A stretch of 64,000 nt of DNA, taken from NCBI GenBank assembly GCA_027592035.1, contig JAQCIK010000004.1, positions 46,509 through 110,508 of the forward strand, in the 5' to 3' direction. This stretch comes from Actinomycetota bacterium. GTDB taxonomy: Bacteria; Actinomycetota; Acidimicrobiia; Acidimicrobiales; Ilumatobacteraceae. Of the stretch, positions 30,049-38,829 are shown one piece after another; positions within the stretch are counted from its first letter, which is position 1, and each line of letters opens with the position of its first letter. The position numbers and the translations under genes were made by a program. The notes beneath the pieces were generated by a model. That model was not told where the DNA came from, did not search any database, and saw nothing but the letters and a program-made list of their open reading frames with translations.

Positions 30049-30938
30049 AGGTGCGCATTAGTTATCGAAAATTGGGGAAGGTCAGATTCCTCGGTCACCT
30101 CGACATGGCTCGCCTCTGGGAGCGAGGTCTCCGCAAGGCTGCGGTTCCGGTGGCCATGTCGGCCGGATTCACCCCACGGCCCAAGGTCTCGTTCGGACTC
30201 GCTCTGCCCACCGGTGCCGAGTCGGTGGTCGAATTGTTCGATGTGACTCTCGATCCTGGTGTCGATCACGGTGTCGATCACGGTGTCGATCACGGTGTCG
30301 ATCTCGATATCGATCACGGAGTCGATCACGAACGACTGCAGTCGTCGCTCTCCGGTGCGATGCCTCCTGGAATCGACGTCCTCGACGTCGATTCCGCCTC
30401 CCCGCTGGTGTGGTCTCTTCAAGAGGACGTGACGGCGACGACGTGGGTCATGGCGATCGACTCGACCACGGAGAACGAGATGTACGACCGTGTATCCGAA
30501 GTCGTGGACGCACCCGAGATCTGGATCGAGCGCGAACGCAAAGGGGAGCGTCGACGTGACGACGTCCGCCCCGGAGTTCTCGATCTACGAGTTGTCACCC
30601 GTGACAACTGGTCGTCCGCGAGCGAAATCGCCTCGTGGGCCGATGATGTCGCACGTCTCTCATCCAACGTTCAGTTCGTCGAAGCGACTCTCACGACCTC
30701 TGGTCGCGGTGTTCGGCCCACCGAGATGGCCGAAGTACTCCGTCCGGGAGTCGATCCGTGGGTCACCATGCCTCGGGTCGTCCGGACACATCAATGGATC
30801 GGGCGCGACGACGCGCCGCGCGTGTCCGCACGCGCTGGAAAGGACATCACCCATGACGAATCACTCGAACGACGGCTCGAACGACTCGAGCAACGACGCG
30901 CGCCCGAACCCGCCGGTCGAACCGGCACGGTCCACTGA
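30045..30938 (+). CDS. Radical SAM-associated protein (DUF2344/TIGR03936-like)
   Basis: VKVRISYRKLGKVRFLGHLDMARLWERGLRKAAVPVAMSAGFTPRPKVSFGLALPTG. GTGA overlap with the radical SAM stop. The track ORF from 29832 is an over-extension. Confidence 0.8.
   Translation: MKVRISYRKLGKVRFLGHLDMARLWERGLRKAAVPVAMSAGFTPRPKVSFGLALPTGAESVVELFDVTLDPGVDHGVDHGVDHGVDLDIDHGVDHERLQSSLSGAMPPGIDVLDVDSASPLVWSLQEDVTATTWVMAIDSTTENEMYDRVSEVVDAPEIWIERERKGERRRDDVRPGVLDLRVVTRDNWSSASEIASWADDVARLSSNVQFVEATLTTSGRGVRPTEMAEVLRPGVDPWVTMPRVVRTHQWIGRDDAPRVSARAGKDITHDESLERRLERLEQRRAPEPAGRTGTVH
30258..30329 (+). repeat. Six in-frame 12-nt tandem units (GVDH)x3-GVDL-DIDH-GVDH inside the DUF2344-like gene
   Basis: ggtgtcgatcac x3, then ggtgtcgatctc, gatatcgatcac, ggagtcgatcac. 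Read directly. Confidence 0.9.
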
Positions 30939-32745
30939 CGCAACCAATTCCTCGAACGAGTCGAACTCGTCGGCCGACTCGAACGGATCAGCTGACTCGA
31001 ACGGCGCAGCCGTCGGATCGCGTCCGACCGGAGACGCCGCCCGCAAGAAGCGTCGTCGTGGATCGCGTGGTGGGCGCAATCGCTCACGCTCGGGACGGCC
31101 GAGCGACGGTGCGGCCGGTGAAAGCGGCCGTTCGTCGTCCGATGGCGACATCGAGCTTCCCGAACGAGCCAGTGAGGGTCGACCCGATGCCGAAGCCGGA
31201 TCGGAAGCCGTGGTTCGTCGACCTCGAATCGGTGACACTCGGCCGGCTCCTCCGGCCACCAAACCGTCGGTCACGATGCCGGGTGGCGCGCGCGCTGGTG
31301 GCGCGAAGCCGAAGCGTAACGGTGGTGGTGGCGCCTCGGCGGGTTCGAACGCGGGGGCGAGCGGCGACGGCGGAGGTCGACGCCGTCGTCGAGGTGGACG
31401 CAGTCGCGGATCGGGTGAAGGCCGCCCCTCCGATGGCGGGGTGATCGAACGCCGTCGCGGCCAAGAGCGCGACGGTCGGCCCATCGGCCGGTACTTCATG
31501 TGCGTTCAGGTCCGGCCGAACCTCACCCAAGTGGGGGTGCTCGAAGGACGAAGCCTGCTCGAGCACTACGTCAGCCGACCGGCCGACGACGTGTCGCAGA
31601 TCCACGGCAACATCTACGTGGGGCGGGTCCAGAACGTGTTGCCGGGTATGGAGGCCGCTTTCGTCGACATCGCCACACCGAAGAACGCCGTTCTGTACCG
31701 CGGTGACGTTCAATATGACGCCGAGGACATCGTCGACAGTCAGCCGCGAATCGAGAACATTCTGAAGGCCAAGCAGTTGATCGTGTGTCAGGTCACCAAG
31801 AACCCGATCGGAGTGAAGGGAGCGCGCCTGACTCAAGAGGTCTCGCTCCCCGGACGCTTCGTGGTTCTCATCCCCAACTCGAAGACCTACGGAATCTCCA
31901 AGCGACTGCCCGACGACGAACGTAAACGACTCCGGAGCATTCTCGATCGGGTCAAGCCGGCCGAGCACGGGCTCATTGTTCGGACGGCGGCCGAAGCGGC
32001 GACCGAACACGAACTGAGAGCCGACATGACACGTCTCGTCGAGCAGTGGAACCAGATCGAGGAGAAGGCTCGAAAGGCCAACGGCCCGACCCTTTTGTAC
32101 CGCGAACCTCCGCTGGCCGTTCGGGTGATTCGCGAAGAGTTCAATGCCGAATATCGGGGCGTCACCATCGACGATCGCCAACTCTTCGAAGACGTTCGGT
32201 CCTACGTGGAGGATTTCAATCCCGAATTGGCCGATCGCGTCGAATACTTCGATCCGGAGACCGAGTCCCTGCCACTGTTCGAGCACTATCGAGTGCACGA
32301 ACAGTTGCACAAGGCCCTCGACCGCAAGGTGTGGCTGCCGTCGGGCGGTTCTCTCATCATCGAGCACACCGAGGCTCTGACGGTGATCGACGTGAACACC
32401 GGCCGCAACGTCGGAACCTCCAACCTCGAATCGACCGTGTTCCAGAACAATCTGGAGGCGGCCGAGGAAATCGCCCGCCAACTCCGGCTGCGCGACATCG
32501 GTGGAATCATCGTCATCGACTTCATCGACATGGAGATCAAGGACAATCGAAAGAAGGTCGTGGATGCCTTCCGATCGGCCCTGGCCCGGGACAAGACCCG
32601 GACTCAGGTGTTCGACATCTCCGAGCTCGGACTGGTGGAGATGACTCGCAAACGGATCGGAGAAGGCCTGCTCACGGCCTTCGCCGACCCCTGCGAGATC
32701 TGCCATGGGCGTGGCGTCGTGGTCGACCACGATCTCTTGGCCTGA
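30853..32745 (+). CDS. rne: Ribonuclease E/G family protein with a long low-complexity N-terminal region
   Basis: S1 domain GNIYVGRVQNVLPGMEAAFVDI, catalytic core ...LTVIDVNTG...IIVIDFIDM. ATG at 30853 is the only ATG/GTG upstream of about 31210 in this frame. The start is uncertain. Confidence 0.85.
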   Translation: MTNHSNDGSNDSSNDARPNPPVEPARSTDATNSSNESNSSADSNGSADSNGAAVGSRPTGDAARKKRRRGSRGGRNRSRSGRPSDGAAGESGRSSSDGDIELPERASEGRPDAEAGSEAVVRRPRIGDTRPAPPATKPSVTMPGGARAGGAKPKRNGGGGASAGSNAGASGDGGGRRRRRGGRSRGSGEGRPSDGGVIERRRGQERDGRPIGRYFMCVQVRPNLTQVGVLEGRSLLEHYVSRPADDVSQIHGNIYVGRVQNVLPGMEAAFVDIATPKNAVLYRGDVQYDAEDIVDSQPRIENILKAKQLIVCQVTKNPIGVKGARLTQEVSLPGRFVVLIPNSKTYGISKRLPDDERKRLRSILDRVKPAEHGLIVRTAAEAATEHELRADMTRLVEQWNQIEEKARKANGPTLLYREPPLAVRVIREEFNAEYRGVTIDDRQLFEDVRSYVEDFNPELADRVEYFDPETESLPLFEHYRVHEQLHKALDRKVWLPSGGSLIIEHTEALTVIDVNTGRNVGTSNLESTVFQNNLEAAEEIARQLRLRDIGGIIVIDFIDMEIKDNRKKVVDAFRSALARDKTRTQVFDISELGLVEMTRKRIGEGLLTAFADPCEICHGRGVVVDHDLLA

Positions 32746-32802
32746 AATCCCCGGCTCGGGGAGTGGGCCGGGCCGTTCGGCCAGGTAGTGTCGTCAATCG
32801 CT

Positions 32803-33114
32803 ATGTACGCAGTCATCGCTACCGGAGGCAAGCAGGTCCGTGTGACCAAGGGGCAGCAGGTGCATGTCGAATTGCTCGGGGCCGATCAGGGCTCCGACGT
32901 CGACTTCACCCCGGTTCTCCTGGTCGACGGCGACACCGTCCTCGCCACACCCGACCAACTCGCCTCGGCCAAGGTGCAGGGCCGCATCGTCGGCACCGCC
33001 ACCGGCCCGAAGATCAACGGCTTCACGTACAAGCGTCGTACCAACCAGCGTCGTCGGTACGGACATCGTCAGAAGTATCAGGTCGTCGAGATCACCTCGA
33101 TCGCGAAAGGCTGA
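32803..33114 (+). CDS. rplU: 50S ribosomal protein L21
   Basis: MYAVIATGGKQVRVTKGQ...TYKRRTNQRRRYGHRQ. Confidence 0.95.
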   Translation: MYAVIATGGKQVRVTKGQQVHVELLGADQGSDVDFTPVLLVDGDTVLATPDQLASAKVQGRIVGTATGPKINGFTYKRRTNQRRRYGHRQKYQVVEITSIAKG

Positions 33115-33117
33115 GTC

Positions 33118-33372
33118 ATGTCGAAGACCAAAGGTGGCGGTTCAACTCGTAACGGGCGTGACTCGAACGCCCAACGCCTCGGTGTGAAGGTGTTCTCCGG
33201 AACGCAGGTCACCGCCGGAACGATCGTCGTTCGTCAGCGTGGAACCAAGTTCCACCCCGGAAAGAACGTCGGCCGAGGTGGGGACGACACGTTGTTCGCT
33301 CTGATCGACGGGGCGGTCAAGTTCGGTGAGCGTCGAGGTCGACGCGTCGTCGACATTCTTCCCGCCGACTGA
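33118..33372 (+). CDS. rpmA: 50S ribosomal protein L27
   Basis: [61 protein letters not shown]. Confidence 0.95.
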   Translation: MSKTKGGGSTRNGRDSNAQRLGVKVFSGTQVTAGTIVVRQRGTKFHPGKNVGRGGDDTLFALIDGAVKFGERRGRRVVDILPAD

Positions 33373-33385
33373 GGTACACGACGTC

Positions 33386-34555
33386 TCAGATGTCGAACCC
33401 GCGTGGCAACTTTTGCAGCGGGTAGTCGAGCAGAGTGATTCCTTGTCGACAGGCGAATCGGTCGGTCATCCCGGCCACGTAAGAAACAGCCGCCGACACC
33501 GACTCTGGTGACCCCGGGGCGAGATCGACGGCATCGGGGAGCAGATGTGGCACGTCGATGTAGTGGTCGACGAGTGCCCGCAGCAGGTCGACGACCCGGG
33601 CCGCCTGATCTCGGCTCGCCGACCGGAGATACACCTCGTCGTAGTTGAAGCGACGAAAAGACGCCAGGGCTTCGGCCACGTCGGGCTCCATTCCGATGCG
33701 ACCGGTGGTGGCGGTGGCGCCGATCATCGATCGGATGAAGGCGCTCAACTGGCTCTGGCGGGTCGTGCCACACAACGACCGTACGTTGGCGGGTAGTTCA
33801 CTCGGATCGACGACTCGCGCCGCCACGGCATCCTCGAAGTCATGACACACGTAGGCGATGCGATCGGCCCAGCTGACGATCTCGCCCTCCGGAGTGGCCG
33901 GAGCGGGTCGGCTCCACGAATGATTGCGAATGCCGTCGAGAGTCTCGTGGCACAAGTTGAGTGGAACGAGGGTGACGTCGGCCCCCCAGACGGCGTGATC
34001 GAAACCTCCGTCGACGTAGGGCGACAGAGCATCTTCACTCGCGTGACCACCCGGTCCGTGACCACAGTCGTGTCCGAGAGCGATGGCTTCGGTGAGGGCG
34101 ACATTGAGGCCGAGGGGGCGGGCGACCGACACGGCGACTTGGGCGACCTCGAGGGCATGCGTCAGTCGAGTTCGTTGATGGTCGTCGGGGAAGACGAACA
34201 CCTGGGTCTTTCCGGCCAGACGCCGGAACGACGTGGCGTGCAGGATTCGATCGCGGTCGCGTTCGAAGCAGGTGCGAAAAGGATCGGCCTCCTCGGTGAT
34301 GGCGCGACGTCCGGCTCCGGTCGATCGGGTGGCGAGTCGGGCCAATTGGCTGTCGAGCAGATCTTCGCGCGTCTGTCGATCGATGGCTCGGGCCTCTCCG
34401 CTGCCGGCCCACGAGTCAGTGTGGGCGACGACGATGGAATCGGACGGATTCCCGGCCATGGTGCTCGCCCAGCGTTCGGCCCGCTCGGCGAGATCGTCGC
34501 GAGCGACGTCACCAGAGTCGTCCGGGAAGGCTTCTCGTGAATCGTCACTCGTCAC
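33386..34555 (-). CDS. HD-domain dNTP triphosphohydrolase (dGTPase-like)
   Basis: FERDRDRILHATSFRRLAGKTQV...RTRLTHALEVAQV...GHDCGHGPGGH...WADRIAYVCHDFEDA. The start is uncertain: GTG at 34555 or ATG at 34459. The track start at 34771 would overlap obg and is rejected. Confidence 0.8.
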   Translation of the reverse strand: MTSDDSREAFPDDSGDVARDDLAERAERWASTMAGNPSDSIVVAHTDSWAGSGEARAIDRQTREDLLDSQLARLATRSTGAGRRAITEEADPFRTCFERDRDRILHATSFRRLAGKTQVFVFPDDHQRTRLTHALEVAQVAVSVARPLGLNVALTEAIALGHDCGHGPGGHASEDALSPYVDGGFDHAVWGADVTLVPLNLCHETLDGIRNHSWSRPAPATPEGEIVSWADRIAYVCHDFEDAVAARVVDPSELPANVRSLCGTTRQSQLSAFIRSMIGATATTGRIGMEPDVAEALASFRRFNYDEVYLRSASRDQAARVVDLLRALVDHYIDVPHLLPDAVDLAPGSPESVSAAVSYVAGMTDRFACRQGITLLDYPLQKLPRGFDI

Positions 34556-34613
34556 GGGGCCCAGGTTACGACGGGGGTGTGCTGGTCGTTCGGGCCAGTA
34601 ACTTGAGAATCTC

Positions 34614-35864
34614 ATGAGCCAGTTCGTCGACGAGTGCCAATTGAACGTGCGCGCCGGCGACGGTGGGGCTGGCTGCGTCTCGTTTCGTCGTGAGGGTCCG
34701 GTGGCCATGGGCGGTCCGAACGGTGGTGACGGCGGGCGCGGAGGTGACATCTGGTTGGTGGCCGATCGCAATGTCGCGTCGCTGCTGGCCTTTCGCGACC
34801 ACCCGCATCGAAGTGCGGGAAGCGGCGTTCACGGCAAGGGCAAGGATCTGCACGGGCGGCGCGGCGAGACTCTCGAAGTGACGGTGCCCGAGGGGACGGT
34901 CGTTCGCGACATGTACTCCGGAGAGGTCTTGGCCGACCTGGCGAACCACGGAGATCGATGGCTGGCGGCTCACGGCGGTCGTGGTGGACGGGGCAATGCC
35001 CGCTTCCTCACCAATCGACGACGAGCCCCGAGCTTCGCCGAACAAGGGGAACACGGTGAAGAACGGTGGTTGAAACTCGAACTCAAACTTCTCGCCGACG
35101 TGGCCCTGGTCGGTTTCCCCAATGCCGGAAAGAGCACGTTCATCAGCGTCATCTCGGCTGCGAAACCCAAGATCGCCGACTATCCCTTCACGACCCTCGA
35201 ACCCAATCTGGGTGTGGTCCGCTTCGACGACGGTGCTGAGTTCGTGGTCGCCGACATTCCGGGCCTCATCGAAGGCGCAGCCGAGGGACGCGGCCTCGGT
35301 CATCGTTTCCTGCGGCACGTGGAACGAGCCCGAGTCCTCTGCGTTCTCGTCGACCTGGCGCCGGTCGACGACACGTCCCCCGACGATCAAGTGAGGATTC
35401 TTCTCGACGAACTCGGTGAGTACGACCCCGAGCTCTTGACCCGTCCGCGAGTCGTGGTGGGCACCAAGACCGACATGGCCGATCCCGATCGGGTGGCGGC
35501 GTGGGACGGGCCCGTGATCTCGTCGATCACTCGCCAAGGAGTGCGTGATTTGGTGGGTCGTCTGGCCTCACTCGTTCACCAGGCTCGAGATGACGAACCC
35601 GAGTCCGAAGGACGAGTGATCCTGCGACCGGAGTCGGACGCGGCCTGGGTCGAAAGGGTCGGGGACAACGAATGGCGCGTTCATGGCCGCAAGGTGCTGC
35701 GAGCCGTGCACCTCAACGACGTGACCACTCCAGATGCCCTGTCGTACATCGACGAGCGCCTCACCAAGTTGGGGGTTCCGAAACTGCTGTCCCGAGCCGG
35801 CGCGACCGAAGGCGACGTGGTCTGGATCGGTTCGTTCTCCTTCGACTACCACCGCGACATCTGA
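34614..35864 (+). CDS. obg: GTPase ObgE/CgtA
   Basis: FVDECQLNVRAGDGGAGCVSFRRE...GGDGGRGGD...GFPNAGKSTF...DIPGLIEGA, plus a C-terminal OCT-like domain. Confidence 0.95.
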   Translation: MSQFVDECQLNVRAGDGGAGCVSFRREGPVAMGGPNGGDGGRGGDIWLVADRNVASLLAFRDHPHRSAGSGVHGKGKDLHGRRGETLEVTVPEGTVVRDMYSGEVLADLANHGDRWLAAHGGRGGRGNARFLTNRRRAPSFAEQGEHGEERWLKLELKLLADVALVGFPNAGKSTFISVISAAKPKIADYPFTTLEPNLGVVRFDDGAEFVVADIPGLIEGAAEGRGLGHRFLRHVERARVLCVLVDLAPVDDTSPDDQVRILLDELGEYDPELLTRPRVVVGTKTDMADPDRVAAWDGPVISSITRQGVRDLVGRLASLVHQARDDEPESEGRVILRPESDAAWVERVGDNEWRVHGRKVLRAVHLNDVTTPDALSYIDERLTKLGVPKLLSRAGATEGDVVWIGSFSFDYHRDI

Positions 35865-35906
35865 CAGGACGAATCCCGACTTCGCTCGTGGCTCGCGTGC
35901 CGTAAC

Positions 35907-37040
35907 GTGTCGGCGATGTCGAGCGACTCCTCCACTCCGGCGCGCGAGAGGTCGCGTGTGATCGTGAAGATCGGGACGTCGTCGTTGACCGACGATCACG
36001 GGGTGATCTCCCGATCGATGATCGCCTCGGTCTGCCGACAGATCTCCGAACTTCGTGCCGATGGCCACGATGTCGTGCTGGTGTCATCGGGTGCCGTAGC
36101 GGCCGGAGTTTCCGCTCTCGATCTGACCGAGCGTCCGAACGACGTCCAGACCCTCCAGGCCTTGGCGGCCGTCGGTCAGAGCCGTCTCATGGAGGTGTAC
36201 AACATCGAGTTCCTCGCCGTCGGGTTGATCGCCGCTCAGGTGCTTCTCGTGCCGAACGATTTCGTCGATCGACAGCAGTATCTGCACGCGCGGGCGACGC
36301 TCGAACGCCTTCTCGAACTCGGATGCGTTCCGGTGGTCAACGAGAACGACACCATCGCCGCCGACGAGATTCGATTCGGTGACAACGATCGGATCGCCGC
36401 CCTCTTGTCACACCTCCTTCGGGCCGATGTCCTCGTGTTGTTGACCGACATCGACGGCCTGTATACAGCCGATCCTCGACGTGATCCCTCGGCCACGCTC
36501 GTGGCCGAGGTGGCAGCGGGCGATCCGCTGCTCAGTGTGTCGGCCGGAGTGACCGGAACCAGTCGGGGGAGCGGTGGCATGGCGTCCAAGATGGCCGCAG
36601 CGCGCATTGCGTCGGCCTCCGGCGTTCGCACGGTGATCGCCCGTTCGACCATCGATGACGTGGTTCGCCGGGCGGTCGATCGACATGATCTGGTCGGCAC
36701 CACGTTCTTGGGTTCCGACCGCCATTATTCGGCTCGTCAACTCTGGCTCGCTCATGCAAGCGAAGTGGTCGGTTCGGTCGTGATCGATGCCGGTGCCGAA
36801 CGTGCACTCGTCACCGGTAACGGCTCGTTGCTACCGGCTGGAGTCGTGGGCGTTCGGGGAGAATTCGACGAGGCCGACACGGTCGAAGTGGTCAACGAAG
36901 CGGGCCGAGTGGTGGCGCGGGGTGCCGCCACTATGACGTCGGAGCAGGCTCGTGCGTCACGAGGTCGTCGCACGTCCGATCTCGACGAGGCTTGGCCTCG
37001 TGTCGTCGTTCATCGTGACGACATGGTCGTCTTCGGCTGA
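35907..37040 (+). CDS. proB: Glutamate 5-kinase (with PUA domain)
   Basis: RVIVKIGTSSLTD...VLVSSGAVAAG...NENDTIA...GSGGMASK, C-terminal PUA-like region. Confidence 0.9.
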   Translation: MSAMSSDSSTPARERSRVIVKIGTSSLTDDHGVISRSMIASVCRQISELRADGHDVVLVSSGAVAAGVSALDLTERPNDVQTLQALAAVGQSRLMEVYNIEFLAVGLIAAQVLLVPNDFVDRQQYLHARATLERLLELGCVPVVNENDTIAADEIRFGDNDRIAALLSHLLRADVLVLLTDIDGLYTADPRRDPSATLVAEVAAGDPLLSVSAGVTGTSRGSGGMASKMAAARIASASGVRTVIARSTIDDVVRRAVDRHDLVGTTFLGSDRHYSARQLWLAHASEVVGSVVIDAGAERALVTGNGSLLPAGVVGVRGEFDEADTVEVVNEAGRVVARGAATMTSEQARASRGRRTSDLDEAWPRVVVHRDDMVVFG

Positions 37041-37064
37041 TCATCGCGACTTTCGTGAGTGAGC

Positions 37065-38714
37065 TCACTCCGGACGCTCGGAGTCGCCTTCCGCGTCAGG
37101 TTCGAGTCCTCTGAGGCGTCGACGAAGGGTTCGGAGATGCTCGATCTCGGGGGCTCGCAGCAACTGGAGCGCACCGAGGTAGGTGATGACACCGACACCG
37201 GTGCCAGCGACGAGTCTCAACACGGCACCACCGCCGTCATCGTCGCCGAAGGCACGCACGGCGAGCCACACCACGGCGCCCATGGCCGCACCGGCAACAA
37301 CCACCCGAGACAATCCCGTGAGGACGTCGAAGGCCGGAAACGTCGGAACCTTGATGCGCAGCACGAGCAGCGTCACCACCGCGGCAGCGAGGTACGAGAT
37401 GGCGAAGGCGAGACCGAGACCGAGAACGTCGAAGGGTCCGACCAGAGCGAAGGCGAGCACGATGTTGAGTGCGTTCTGGCCGAGATTGATCACGAACGGT
37501 GTGCGTGTGTCCTGGTGGGCGTAGAAGCCACGCAGGGCGAACAAGTAGATCGAGTAGCCGATCAGACCGAGCGAGAGTCCAGCGAGGGCGCGTGACGTGG
37601 TGTCGGCCGCCGCGGAGTCGAACTGCCCGTGTTGAAGAAGGGCTCCGACGATCGGACGGGCCAGAGCCAGGAACCCGAAAGCCGCCGGAATGGTGAGAAT
37701 TCCGACCAGCCGCACTCCGAGCGCAGTTCGATCCACGAATGCGTCGCGGTCGCGCCGGGCCACCGCACGCGCCATCTCGGGAATGAACGTGGTGGCGATG
37801 CTCATGGCGAGCAGGCCATGTGGGAAGTAGAAGAACGTGGAAGCCTTGGCGTAGGCGTCCTGACCTCCGCTGCCGGGAACGGCCAGATTCTTCACGATCA
37901 CCACGGTGACCTGATTGGCGAGGACGTAGCCGAACGTCCAACCCGACAGGGCAAAAAGACGTTTCACGGCCGGGTGAAGCGGACGGAACCGAAAACGGAA
38001 ATTCAGACCGGCCTGATGAATGGCGGGCAGGAGGATGAGGGCTTGCAACGCGATCCCGCCCGTGGCTCCGAGACCGAGGAGCCAGCGGAACGACGGGCTG
38101 TCGAGAACGTCGCGAAGCACCGGTGCCTCGTGGTCGAGAAGTGTGGGCACGTAGAGGAGTGAACAGATGATCACCACATTGGCGAGAACGGGTGACCAGG
38201 CGGCGGCGAAGAAACGACGTTGGGCGTTGAGAAGCGCTCCGAGGACGGCCGCGATTCCGTAGAAGAAGATCTGCAGGAGGAAGATCCGTGTGAGTGCGGT
38301 GCCGACCGTCCGGAAGTCGTTGGCATCGACCGCAGCGTCGGGACTCAGCGAGAAGATGCGGAAGATCCACGGCGCGAACACCACGGCGATCGCCGTGATG
38401 ACGGTGAGAGCAATGATGCTCACTCCGACGACCGCTTCGGCACCGTCGCGGTCGTCGTCCTCGAGGAGACGGGTGAAGAGCGGCACGAGAGTGGCCGAGA
38501 GCACGCCACCGAGAAGTAGCTCGTAGACGGCGTTCGGCGAGTTGTTCGCGCCGTCGTAGGCGTCGGCCAATGCGGTCTGGCCGATGACGAAACCGAAGAC
38601 GATCACCTTCAGCATTCCGGTGAGGCGTGAGAGGCCGGTCCCGAGGGCGACCACGGCGTTCGATCGCAACAGATCGTGCCCGCGCGGGGAGGAGTCCTCG
38701 ATCGGGTCGGCCAT
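37065..38714 (-). CDS. murJ: Lipid II flippase MurJ (MviN family)
   Basis: LLRSNAVVALGTGLSRLTGMLKVIVFGFVIGQTALADAYDGANNSPNAVYELLLGGVLSATLVP, with about 14 TM segments. Confidence 0.85.
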   Translation of the reverse strand: MADPIEDSSPRGHDLLRSNAVVALGTGLSRLTGMLKVIVFGFVIGQTALADAYDGANNSPNAVYELLLGGVLSATLVPLFTRLLEDDDRDGAEAVVGVSIIALTVITAIAVVFAPWIFRIFSLSPDAAVDANDFRTVGTALTRIFLLQIFFYGIAAVLGALLNAQRRFFAAAWSPVLANVVIICSLLYVPTLLDHEAPVLRDVLDSPSFRWLLGLGATGGIALQALILLPAIHQAGLNFRFRFRPLHPAVKRLFALSGWTFGYVLANQVTVVIVKNLAVPGSGGQDAYAKASTFFYFPHGLLAMSIATTFIPEMARAVARRDRDAFVDRTALGVRLVGILTIPAAFGFLALARPIVGALLQHGQFDSAAADTTSRALAGLSLGLIGYSIYLFALRGFYAHQDTRTPFVINLGQNALNIVLAFALVGPFDVLGLGLAFAISYLAAAVVTLLVLRIKVPTFPAFDVLTGLSRVVVAGAAMGAVVWLAVRAFGDDDGGGAVLRLVAGTGVGVITYLGALQLLRAPEIEHLRTLRRRLRGLEPDAEGDSERPE

Positions 38715-38829
38715 TCGCTACAGCGTAGATGTCGTCGGGAAACGGCTCGGGTTTCGCGACGAACGGGCCTCACGTCACGTCGGGGCATCCAATTGATGGC
38801 CTGAACAGGGCAACTTGTAGGGTGAAAAC

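Noticed and set aside
30258-30329. Possible CRISPR array (regular short repeats). The same was considered at 47359-47406 and 63173-63232
   Set aside because: The units are contiguous 12-mers with no spacers. They are in frame inside genes, and there are no cas genes. They are coding microsatellites.
31084-32730. 548-aa minus-strand ORF
   Set aside because: It is antisense to the well-supported RNase E/G gene and has no recognisable motifs.
34556-34771. Longer dgt-like start at 34771
   Set aside because: It would overlap the obg start by about 160 nt, and the extra residues are P/S/R-rich and non-protein-like.
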